This document shows positions 29,148 through 37,980 of a stretch of DNA of 64,000 bases, piece after piece. Both the position numbers and the translations under genes were made by a program. Source of the stretch: a phage; the sequence record PZ386955.1; one strand, given 5' to 3'. The notes under the pieces were generated by a model. It saw only the letters and a program-made list of their open reading frames with translations. It was not told the DNA's origin and did not search any database. Numbering within the stretch: the stretch's first letter is position 1; each line of letters opens with the position of its first letter.

Positions 29148-29489
29148 ATGGAGCTAACAGAAGTATGGGATATCGCTAAAGAGGCGATTATCCCTCTTAT
29201 TGGCGTAATCTGGGTGGTCTTCAAACAGAAGATAGATGATATGGCAAGTGATTTGGATAAAATGGAAGACAAATACCGCGAACTAGAAAAGAAGTTGGTG
29301 TTTGTTGAATCCACTTATGCTACCAAAGCAGAACTTGCTCAAATGCTTAACCAGATCAACTCTACATTAATGGCAAATAATACTGCCTTAGAACAGAAGA
29401 TTGAAAAAATAATGGATTTAAAAAATGCTCCTGTTCAATTAATGTTAGAGGAGATTACAAAGCGCACACAAAGTAAGGACAAAAATTAA
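29148..29489 (+). CDS. Hypothetical coiled-coil protein
   Basis: 113 aa, N-terminal hydrophobic segment then charged helical region. Confidence 0.4.
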   Translation: MELTEVWDIAKEAIIPLIGVIWVVFKQKIDDMASDLDKMEDKYRELEKKLVFVESTYATKAELAQMLNQINSTLMANNTALEQKIEKIMDLKNAPVQLMLEEITKRTQSKDKN

Positions 29490-31903
29490 TGGCGAATTTT
29501 CCAACATATCCTGCTACGACACTAGAACAAGGTGTTGATCTGGTTATATTCTCGTCTAACCAGATGCATGATGTTATTAATGGGGATGCTACAGCAACTG
29601 TAGAAACCGAAACAGGTTTAATACCTACACTGCGTAAAGCACTTGTTGATAACTTCTTCTTTAAGAGTCCTGTTGCTTGGTCAGCAGGATCAACTGAAAC
29701 TGTATTTAACCAGTTACGTTATTTTGAAAACGGTATCTTGAGTGGGTACTATTATGCTCCATCTGCCACTACTGCGAACCCTGTACCTATGCAGGGTACA
29801 CCTGTAGGAGACAGTAACTGGACTCTGTACGCTCTTAAAACTGAACAGTTAGCTTCAGATGTGTATCCTTGGTATTTTAAAGGTGCTACAGGATATGAAA
29901 CAGAAATCAGTCCTCCTTATATCTTTGATAATGCTATTGTCACCATTAACGGTGTAATTCAGATTCAAGGTGAAGCATTTACTATCAAAGATAGTAAAAT
30001 TATTCTGGCAGAACCATTAGGTTTAGATCCGTCTACTGGTCTACCTAATAAATTGTTTGCTTTTATTGGTAAAACAACAGCCTCTACTTCTTACGTAGAG
30101 AAAAACCTTTTGTCATCTACCACTGGTGCAGCAATGGTTGGTCTTCCATCTGGAGGCAACCTGTTACAAGCTCAATACTTTGTAACGCCTGAGCAGTTTG
30201 GTGCAATTGGTGATGGAGTTACCGATGATACTCAAGCAATTTTAAAAACCATTACTTTCGCTAACACGAATAACATTCAAGTACGTGCAGATAAGAATTA
30301 TAGATTCACAAGCTCAATTGCTATGTCTGGTATTCGTTGGTATGGTGGTACATTCACTGGTAACGGTGGAACAATGATTTCTACTGTGTCCTGTTGGATG
30401 GAAAACGTTCGCTTTGAAAAATGTTATGTTAAGATGTTAGGTGGTGATTGCCGATTCTATCGTAATATCTTCTCCAACGCAACATCTACAGCAGCATTCT
30501 TAATGCAAGCAATGACAAGTGAAGGTACGTTGGACTTCAGTTACAACGAAATGTATGGTTGTAAATATGCGATCCTGCAACAAGGTACTGGAGAAGTAAT
30601 GACCTACGGGCGTTACTCTAACAACTATATTCACGATATTAAAGGTGATGCTATTGAACTTAACGTAGTTCAAAAACACTACACTGAAGGTTTGATTATC
30701 GAGAATAACCACATTGCTAACGTAGATGCTTCTGGACAAGGGGCAAACTGGGGTATTGGTATTGGTGTAGCAGGTAGTGGCCCATATGGTGTTGATGTTC
30801 CTGATTCACAATATGTACGTAATTTCAGTATCATTGGGAATAGGGTTTACAATTGCCGTCAATGTTTACACGTTGAAATGGGTAAAAACTTCACAATACG
30901 TGATAATGAAGTTTATCCTAACACAGCAGTTTCAACAGGTACAGGTTTAACTACTTGTGGTGTTGCATTATACGGATGCCAAGATTTTGAAGTTGATGGT
31001 TTAACTGGTTATCTGCTTAATGATCCATCTGTTTCAACACGCATGGTCTTTATTGACTGGGGTGTTAACAGTGGAAGATATGCGGGGCCACCAATTAACT
31101 TTACAATTAAGAATTTGGATATTCCAGAATCTTCAATTGAGATTGCAACGGCTGGATCAGATGCCTGGGAAAACTCTACAATTGTTAGTAACATCAATTG
31201 TAATGTTTTTAAATGGCGTGGACTACCATCTAGCTCTACCTTTAATAACATTCGTTGCCGTAGCATTGACTTTATTGGTCAACATGGAAGCGGAGAAGGA
31301 AGTGGTGGCGGTTTCTATACTCGCAGCCAATTCACGTATATGAAGTGGGTAGGATGTACAGCACTTAGCGGAGATGAAACAACAGTTTCTTTTGCTAAAA
31401 TCTACACTGATCGTTGCGATCAGGTTGGAAATAACTTTGGTGTTCCAACTGCTGTTGATGGTACAGGTCATCGTGGGCCAGTTTTAACTACTATCTCTGA
31501 ACAATATTTTACAGCTTATGATGAATTCCCAGGTGGGCGTGAATTCCCTACTGGAACAGTTATTCATTGTGCAAGCGGTAAAAAACATGTTGTTACAGTA
31601 GGTGGTGCTTTCTTTAGTGCCAACGAGAAAATAAAAGCAACTGTTACAGGTCAAACCTATCTACAGTCTAATGCTTTAAACTGGGCTAGTAATGGCTACG
31701 CTAAAGCAGCAGGTACTAAGATTGTTATTCCAGGTGCAGGTGCAAATGGAGGAGATCTTGTGACAACTATAGCACGTGCTACATATGTGACAAATAGTTT
31801 GTACACAATAGATATTGCAGATCCAATTGTAACACCTACAGCAGAGAATACACAAATTAAAGCTCTGAATCCTGTTACTTTTGTTACTGTCAACAATGCT
31901 TAA
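29489..31903 (+). CDS. Tailspike with pectate-lyase-type right-handed beta-helix (putative depolymerase)
   Basis: Motif QFGAIGDGVTDDTQAI typical of the N-terminus of pectate lyase / GH28-like beta-helix domains; 804 aa. Confidence 0.6.
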   Translation: MANFPTYPATTLEQGVDLVIFSSNQMHDVINGDATATVETETGLIPTLRKALVDNFFFKSPVAWSAGSTETVFNQLRYFENGILSGYYYAPSATTANPVPMQGTPVGDSNWTLYALKTEQLASDVYPWYFKGATGYETEISPPYIFDNAIVTINGVIQIQGEAFTIKDSKIILAEPLGLDPSTGLPNKLFAFIGKTTASTSYVEKNLLSSTTGAAMVGLPSGGNLLQAQYFVTPEQFGAIGDGVTDDTQAILKTITFANTNNIQVRADKNYRFTSSIAMSGIRWYGGTFTGNGGTMISTVSCWMENVRFEKCYVKMLGGDCRFYRNIFSNATSTAAFLMQAMTSEGTLDFSYNEMYGCKYAILQQGTGEVMTYGRYSNNYIHDIKGDAIELNVVQKHYTEGLIIENNHIANVDASGQGANWGIGIGVAGSGPYGVDVPDSQYVRNFSIIGNRVYNCRQCLHVEMGKNFTIRDNEVYPNTAVSTGTGLTTCGVALYGCQDFEVDGLTGYLLNDPSVSTRMVFIDWGVNSGRYAGPPINFTIKNLDIPESSIEIATAGSDAWENSTIVSNINCNVFKWRGLPSSSTFNNIRCRSIDFIGQHGSGEGSGGGFYTRSQFTYMKWVGCTALSGDETTVSFAKIYTDRCDQVGNNFGVPTAVDGTGHRGPVLTTISEQYFTAYDEFPGGREFPTGTVIHCASGKKHVVTVGGAFFSANEKIKATVTGQTYLQSNALNWASNGYAKAAGTKIVIPGAGANGGDLVTTIARATYVTNSLYTIDIADPIVTPTAENTQIKALNPVTFVTVNNA

Positions 31904-31907
31904 TTAA

Positions 31908-31930
31908 AAAGGGGCGAAAGCCCCTTTATA
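31908..31930 (+). terminator. Rho-independent terminator
   Basis: AAAGGGGC-GAAA-GCCCCTTT hairpin followed by ATAAAA. Confidence 0.55.
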
Positions 31931-31944
31931 AAAGGAGTAGTAAA

Positions 31945-33906
31945 GTGATTTTAACACGTCCAAATAGTGCCATTGCAGACATGGTAGAGTCTCGCTATAG
32001 AAAGCGTAGAAGTTTTGCAAGTGGTTTTACCTTAAGAGATGCTCGTGAAGCATTGCTCTTTGAAACTGACGGTAACTACTATCAGTGGAAAGGTTCTCTA
32101 CCTAAAGTTGTACCTGCTAACTCTACTCCTACATCTACTGGAGGGATTTCAGATACAGCTTGGAAAAATGTGGGTAATGCAGATGACATTGCTCAAATAG
32201 AATCAGAATTAGATGCTATTGAAGCTGAAATTGAAGATCTTAGAGAATCCATCCCAGAAGCTGGTAAATCAGCTTACCAGATTGCCGTAGACAATGGTTT
32301 CCAAGGTACTGAGACACAGTGGTTGGCTTCTTTAAAAGGTGATCCAGGTGCTCCATTAAAGCTACTAGGGACGCTATCTAATACCAACCAATTACCTACA
32401 ACTGGAAACAATGCAGGGGATGCATGGATTGTAGGCGAGAATATGTATGCTTGGGATGGTACTGCTTGGAGAAAAGTAAACTCACAGGGGCCAGAAGGTA
32501 AATCAGCTTATCAAGTTTGGCTTGCAGCAGGAAACCAAGGTACAGAACTAGACTATCTTGCTGCAATTAAAGGTGATAAAGGGGAGCCTGGCCCAGAGGG
32601 GCCACAAGGTGTGCCAGGTAACAATGCTAATGGTTTTGATTACCAAGGTGCAGCTAATTCCGTTTCAGATCTTCCTTCTGCATCTCATGGAAACACATCT
32701 CAAGCATGGAGTATTGGTACATATCTATACGTGTCAAACGGTGTAGAATGGATCAATATGGGTGCTATAGTGGGGCCAAAAGGAGATAAAGGCGACAAAG
32801 GAGATAAGGGTAACACTGGTGATTCAGCTTATCAAGTCTGGTTAAACGCTGGTAACGTTGGTACTATTGACGAATATATTGCCTCTCTGAAAGGAGAAAA
32901 AGGTGATAAGGGAGACAAGGGTGATCAAGGTGAACAGGGTATACAAGGCTTGACGGGGCCAACTGGTGCAGGGTTGACCATTATTGATATTCTGACTAAC
33001 ACTTCTGAACTACCACAAACTGGAGAAGATGGTGATGGTTATCTAATCAATAATGAACTTTGGGTCTGGTTGCAAGGAGCCACAGAGTGGACAAATGTTG
33101 GTCGTTTAGCTGGTACTCCAATCACTGCAAAAGGACACGTTGCGTCTGCAAGTGCGCTTCCTCCTACAGCCAATTACGGTGATGCTTATCTGACGGAAGA
33201 TACAGGTCATCTTTACATTTACACCTATAATGAACAAACTCAAACTGCTGAATATGTAGATATGGGTAGTTTGAAAGGTGATAAGGGTGAAAAAGGTGAC
33301 GCTGGTACTAACGGTACAGACGGTGCAACTTGGATTGTTAAAACAACAGATCCAATCTCTAGTGATGGTAAACAAGGGGATTATGCCTTTAATATCTCCA
33401 CTGGCGAGGTGTTCTTAAAAACATCTGCAACTGTCTGGACTTCTCAAGGTACACTACCTAGCATTACAGATGCACCTAGTGATGGTAAAATTTATGCTCG
33501 TAAAGATGGAGCATGGGAAGAACTAACTAGTTCTGTAGATGGTCAAGATATAGTTCCAACAAAAGTAACAACTAATTTTATAGAGGTTACAGCATATACC
33601 AACAACTCTGTTACAGGTGACTGGACACCTCCAGGAACACATAACATGAATGTGTTGAATCTTACTGGTAACTCTACTATAAAAGCATGGCCTGGTGTCG
33701 AAGATAGCACAAAACCTAAACCATTCTCTGCAATAGTTTATCTTATCCAAGATGCCACTGGAGGTCGTACTGTTACTTTAGATCCATCTTACAAAGTAAT
33801 TGGTTCTAGTGATATTAATACAGATCCTAACGGAGTAACAATACTACAACTAACATATTGTGGTGTTGGCGATTACGTGGATGCTATTGTTGCTAAACGC
33901 ACATAA
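31945..33906 (+). CDS. Tail fibre with collagen-like G-X-Y repeats and three phage tail-fibre repeats
   Basis: GPKGDKGDKGDKGNTGD, KGEKGDKGDKGDQGEQGIQGLTGPTGAG, KGDKGEKGDAGTNGTDG; repeated ~30-aa unit SAYQ..(V/I)..G(F/N).GT...(W/Y)L...KG occurs three times. Confidence 0.7.
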   Translation: MILTRPNSAIADMVESRYRKRRSFASGFTLRDAREALLFETDGNYYQWKGSLPKVVPANSTPTSTGGISDTAWKNVGNADDIAQIESELDAIEAEIEDLRESIPEAGKSAYQIAVDNGFQGTETQWLASLKGDPGAPLKLLGTLSNTNQLPTTGNNAGDAWIVGENMYAWDGTAWRKVNSQGPEGKSAYQVWLAAGNQGTELDYLAAIKGDKGEPGPEGPQGVPGNNANGFDYQGAANSVSDLPSASHGNTSQAWSIGTYLYVSNGVEWINMGAIVGPKGDKGDKGDKGNTGDSAYQVWLNAGNVGTIDEYIASLKGEKGDKGDKGDQGEQGIQGLTGPTGAGLTIIDILTNTSELPQTGEDGDGYLINNELWVWLQGATEWTNVGRLAGTPITAKGHVASASALPPTANYGDAYLTEDTGHLYIYTYNEQTQTAEYVDMGSLKGDKGEKGDAGTNGTDGATWIVKTTDPISSDGKQGDYAFNISTGEVFLKTSATVWTSQGTLPSITDAPSDGKIYARKDGAWEELTSSVDGQDIVPTKVTTNFIEVTAYTNNSVTGDWTPPGTHNMNVLNLTGNSTIKAWPGVEDSTKPKPFSAIVYLIQDATGGRTVTLDPSYKVIGSSDINTDPNGVTILQLTYCGVGDYVDAIVAKRT

Positions 33907-33909
33907 TCA

Positions 33910-33934
33910 AAGCCCCTTCGGGGGCTTATTATTT
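33910..33934 (+). terminator. Rho-independent terminator
   Basis: AAGCCCC-TTCG-GGGGCTT hairpin followed by ATTATTT. Confidence 0.55.
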
Positions 33935-33945
33935 AAGGAGATTAA

Positions 33946-36765
33946 ATGTATCCTATTCCTTTATTTATGTCAACAACATCAGCTTCAGTAGTAACAGCTA
34001 CATCTATAACCACTTCCTCTATTGGTATTGCAATAGTTGGTAGTAAAAAGCAACTGACATACACAGTTTCACCGGAAGATGGTGCGTTATTTGATATAGC
34101 TTTTTCATCTTCAGATAATACCAAAATGGTTATAGATAATAGTGGTATGATGGAGTTTGTTGCCGAAGGTGGTTTTGATGCAATAATGACAGCTAAAAAT
34201 AATTTAGGTGCTGTCTTAACTGATCAATCTGGTGGTTATGCTTCAGAATTAAGCGTGTACACTGAAAGTCTATCAGCTATGGATGTAGGCACTACTCAAC
34301 AGTTGGTTGCTACAATCAGTCCAGAAGGTGCTAAAGATCTTCCAGACATGGTAATTACGTACACCACAACAGATCCAGAAGTAGCTACTGTAAGCCCTAC
34401 AGGATTAATAACTGCTCTTAAAGATGGTAATTGCCGTATAGGTTGTACTGCAACGTATCAAGGAACAGTGGTGGCCTCTGATAGTTCTTATTTAGGTGTT
34501 AATGCTATTCCTGTCATTTCTAATGTAACAGCCGTGGCAAACAGCTATGGAGACGTTCGTGTTGCTTGGGATGTAGCTGATCCGCTAGATGGTGATACTT
34601 ATACTGTAGAAGTATTAGATTTAAGTAATAATAGTGTCCAGTGGACTACAACAACCACGAATACTTACGCTTACTTTGATATCTCTGACTCTATTCCTCT
34701 TTATGGGTTTGCTCCAACATACCTTAAAATTAGCGTTAAGAGCACCAAAGCAGCAGCCGTTATCTTTAATAACTCAATAGCTACAGATGATTCATTCATT
34801 AAAGAAGTTATTGTCTTTGCTGGACAAGATAACGTAAATGCACACTTTACAGAATTATCTGGTGCAAATAAAGCAGCAATGAGTAGCACAACAGTCCGTA
34901 ATGCATATGCTACGCAACGTGGTTTAGCAAATGCTGAAGTTCTTCCGTTAAATACAGCTTCTGGATCATCAGCAGCAGATAAATATGCTGACGATAAAGC
35001 TGGAACAGGTACACCAGACAACTACTGGTATGATCTGGATAACACAGCAGATGGGCCATGCTTAACTAACTTTATCACTAAAGTCACACCTTATGCAAGT
35101 AAGGTTAAAGCAATTGTTTGGGGACAAGGTGAAAATGATGCTGTATCAGCATCTTCAACTGTTGCAGGTAGGTACAGTAACACTACACGTTACCATGATG
35201 CTACGATAGCTATCTTTGATAAGATGCGTACAATAGTTCCTGCTTCTCAAGCAAAAATTGTTTGGCAGATCCTAGGACGTTCTTATTTATATGGTGTAGA
35301 AGTTAATGGTGTGGATTGGCAGAAGTACAGAAATGTACAAAGAACCATCTCTACAGCACGTGATGATGTTATCATTGGTTCTTGGGTAGATGGTGCTGAA
35401 CGTTACAGTGGCTATGTTTATGAAGAAGGTATTGATGGTCGTATCCATTATGTTTCTTCTGTATACCAAACAGCAGCTACAAAACTTGCTAAATCGGCAG
35501 CAGACGGTACAGACTTAACATCAACGTCACCTGTTTGGGTTGATATGGCTGTTCCAACTGGAGCAACAGCTACTTCCCAATCTAATCAAGATACAATTTT
35601 AGCATGGGATGCTCAAGGCTATAGTAAACACTACTTCCGTAATATTAACGTCTTAACAGCATCTGTATTAACGGAACAAACGCTTAATACGAACAGCTAT
35701 ACGTTTACCTATGCAGATCAAGTAGCACAATATGGTTTTGCAGCAGGAACTACTATATTTGATGTTGCATATTATGACGAAGCAAATGATGTGTTATCTC
35801 CTTTAGTACGTTTTAATGTTAACGTTACAGCAGGAACCGAAGAAGATAAACCTGTCGTGATGGACTATGATTTGACGCAAGAAACTCTCCCATCAGATGT
35901 TAAGGTTAATGGTGGGAACTCTTTTGCTCGTGCTTCTGGAGATAAACTTGTAGCCACTAACACCTTGGTTGCTCCGTTGGAGTATGTTGGTACTACCCCT
36001 GTAGGTAGACGTGTAACAGCTAACACAGCTACACAAATTTTTGTCAACAACGCCTTAACAAGTGCAAGCCCGTGGGTAAAGACCAACTTAACTGTTGCAG
36101 CTTCATCTGATAACTCTCCGGCTGGAACTACTGCTAATGTATTCAAATTAACTCCGACTACAACCTCTAGTAGTCATATCTTAACTGCGACATATACTAA
36201 CGCGTACAACATATCTGCCGGACGTAACTGGTCTGCCTCTGTTTTCTTGAAAGCGAATGGGATTACTAAGGCCAAACTAAGATTAAAAGCAGGAACTGAA
36301 GTTAATGAGGGTACTTTTGATTTAGCAGCAGGTACATTCACAGGAAGTGAAGCTAATATTATATCTATGGGCAACGGTTGGTATCGTGCTATTCTGCATA
36401 AAACAGGGATAGCCAAACAGTCCTCCATAAGTTTTGAAATAATTGCCTTGGATGCAACTGGTGCGGAGATTTTCGCTGGAGATGGTACTAGTAACCTTGC
36501 AGTTTGGTTGCCACAGCTTGAAGGTGCTTCTACAGGAGAAACATCAAAAGCTGGATCGCCTTATGTCTGCACATATCCTGGAAATTTAGGAGGAGTATCC
36601 TTCACTATACCAAGGAACGGACATACTGGTGTGGATGTTTACTATTCCAACGGAGACGTTGTTCGTGACGTATTCTCTGGTACGGCATCTACTTGGACAA
36701 TAAACTACTCCAGCTTGTATGATTGGGGATCAGTCTTTATTACAGGTTTGAAATATTACGACTAA
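33946..36765 (+). CDS. Tail fibre/spike with Ig-like region and SGNH-type esterase-like domain
   Basis: VIVFAGQDNVNAH (GQSN-like block) and KAIVWGQGENDA (W.QGE.D block) in the order seen in SGNH acetylesterases; 939 aa. Confidence 0.5.
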   Translation: MYPIPLFMSTTSASVVTATSITTSSIGIAIVGSKKQLTYTVSPEDGALFDIAFSSSDNTKMVIDNSGMMEFVAEGGFDAIMTAKNNLGAVLTDQSGGYASELSVYTESLSAMDVGTTQQLVATISPEGAKDLPDMVITYTTTDPEVATVSPTGLITALKDGNCRIGCTATYQGTVVASDSSYLGVNAIPVISNVTAVANSYGDVRVAWDVADPLDGDTYTVEVLDLSNNSVQWTTTTTNTYAYFDISDSIPLYGFAPTYLKISVKSTKAAAVIFNNSIATDDSFIKEVIVFAGQDNVNAHFTELSGANKAAMSSTTVRNAYATQRGLANAEVLPLNTASGSSAADKYADDKAGTGTPDNYWYDLDNTADGPCLTNFITKVTPYASKVKAIVWGQGENDAVSASSTVAGRYSNTTRYHDATIAIFDKMRTIVPASQAKIVWQILGRSYLYGVEVNGVDWQKYRNVQRTISTARDDVIIGSWVDGAERYSGYVYEEGIDGRIHYVSSVYQTAATKLAKSAADGTDLTSTSPVWVDMAVPTGATATSQSNQDTILAWDAQGYSKHYFRNINVLTASVLTEQTLNTNSYTFTYADQVAQYGFAAGTTIFDVAYYDEANDVLSPLVRFNVNVTAGTEEDKPVVMDYDLTQETLPSDVKVNGGNSFARASGDKLVATNTLVAPLEYVGTTPVGRRVTANTATQIFVNNALTSASPWVKTNLTVAASSDNSPAGTTANVFKLTPTTTSSSHILTATYTNAYNISAGRNWSASVFLKANGITKAKLRLKAGTEVNEGTFDLAAGTFTGSEANIISMGNGWYRAILHKTGIAKQSSISFEIIALDATGAEIFAGDGTSNLAVWLPQLEGASTGETSKAGSPYVCTYPGNLGGVSFTIPRNGHTGVDVYYSNGDVVRDVFSGTASTWTINYSSLYDWGSVFITGLKYYD

Positions 36766-36770
36766 TAAAA

Positions 36771-36797
36771 AAGGAGCCATTAGGCTCCTTTTCTTTT
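36771..36797. terminator. Bidirectional terminator at the boundary between structural (+) and replication (-) modules
   Basis: GGAGCC-ATTA-GGCTCC hairpin flanked by an A-run upstream and TTTTCTTTT downstream; convergent genes on both sides. Confidence 0.6.
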
Positions 36798-36800
36798 ATC

Positions 36801-37181
36801 TTAATCAGTGAAAATTACACTTACATCTTCTTTAGAAAAGAGTTTATGATCTTCACCTTTTGTCTCAAGAGTTTCATACAGGTTAAGAAGTTCTGAAACA
36901 TCTTTCTCTACCAGTTTCTTCAATGTTGCAATTTTCTGTTTGCGACTCTTAATACGTTCAGCTACAACCTTACGTTGGTATCCAGCAGTACGATAACCTG
37001 AGAAAGTTACACCAGTGAGACTTGCAGTTACAGGATCGTAATGACGTTCAATCTGAAATTTATTAAAAGGTACAGCGTCATCACGAATAATCTTCCCACC
37101 ATTACTTACTTGACGAAGACCAGTAACTTGTTCTAGTCGTGCCATAGAAATCTTTGGAGACAGACCAGAGTCCAGGTTCAT
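36801..37181 (-). CDS. Hypothetical protein
   Basis: Track ORF 36801..37232 overlaps the methyltransferase gene; internal ATG at 37181 starts just after the upstream stop. Confidence 0.4.
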   Translation of the reverse strand: MNLDSGLSPKISMARLEQVTGLRQVSNGGKIIRDDAVPFNKFQIERHYDPVTASLTGVTFSGYRTAGYQRKVVAERIKSRKQKIATLKKLVEKDVSELLNLYETLETKGEDHKLFSKEDVSVIFTD

Positions 37182-37188
37182 ACCATTG

Positions 37189-37920
37189 TTAATCAGTGCT
37201 TTCAGGGTGATTTTGCTGTTCAGTGTACTCATTTAGTCGTTCCTCCGCTTGCTTAAAAATATTTACATCGGCTTCACAGCCTAAGTATTCTCTACCTGTT
37301 AAAAGTGCCGCAACTTGTGTTGTTGCACTTCCAGAGAAGAAGTCTAAGACTACATCTCCTTCGTTGGTGTGTATATTAATAAGGTCACAAAACAAAGTCA
37401 AGTGTTTTTGTGTTGGATGAAAACGATCTGCTCCTTGATAGATAGGATACTCAAACACACCCTTATGGTAGGAAGCATTGAAGGTTGGCTTAGAACCTTT
37501 AACACAAACAATAGCCATTTCTTTAGCGTTACTAAGGTAGTTAACACCACTGTTGATGGGTACAGGGTTTGTTTTAATCCATTCAATAGTACGGAACATA
37601 CGAAAACCAAGCGGTTCAAGGATTTCACGTAGCTCCTGGATCTTCCACATATCATACCAAACTATGCAAGTACCACCTTTTCTAAGCACCCTGTAGGCTT
37701 CTTTGAATACTTCTTTAAAGTAAGGAATATCTACAACATCCCAATCACCAAAGTTGTAAGATACACGGAATCTATCCGTATCTTTTCCAGTAGGCTCTCC
37801 AGACTGAAAATTTGTGTCACGAGAAATAGCATATGGTGGGTCAGTAAGAATCAAATCTACACTATTGCTTTCGAGGGTTTGCAGGTAGTTTAATGCAGTG
37901 TTGTTTACAAATTCGCTCAT
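37189..37920 (-). CDS. DNA methyltransferase (N6-adenine / N4-cytosine type, beta-class motif order), orphan
   Basis: DPPY motif near N-terminus (LILTDPPYAISRD) and AdoMet-binding F.G.G-like motif near C-terminus (VVLDFFSGSATT); no adjacent restriction enzyme gene. Confidence 0.75.
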   Translation of the reverse strand: MSEFVNNTALNYLQTLESNSVDLILTDPPYAISRDTNFQSGEPTGKDTDRFRVSYNFGDWDVVDIPYFKEVFKEAYRVLRKGGTCIVWYDMWKIQELREILEPLGFRMFRTIEWIKTNPVPINSGVNYLSNAKEMAIVCVKGSKPTFNASYHKGVFEYPIYQGADRFHPTQKHLTLFCDLINIHTNEGDVVLDFFSGSATTQVAALLTGREYLGCEADVNIFKQAEERLNEYTEQQNHPESTD

Positions 37921-37938
37921 TATATCTCCTTCAAAGAA

Positions 37939-37958
37939 AAGGAGCCGTTAGGCTCCTT
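37939..37958 (-). terminator. Rho-independent terminator (minus strand) after the SSB-like gene
   Basis: AAGGAGCC-GTTA-GGCTCCTT hairpin; on the minus strand followed by TTTTCTTTG; near-identical to the 36771 hairpin. Confidence 0.55.
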
Positions 37959-37980
37959 ATATTCACACAATATTTAACTA

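Noticed and set aside
36771-37958. Restriction-modification system around the methyltransferase
   Set aside because: No neighbouring ORF has endonuclease-like motifs (PD-(D/E)xK, HNH, GIY-YIG) that I can see; the adjacent 126-aa ORF is too small and featureless, so the methyltransferase is treated as orphan.
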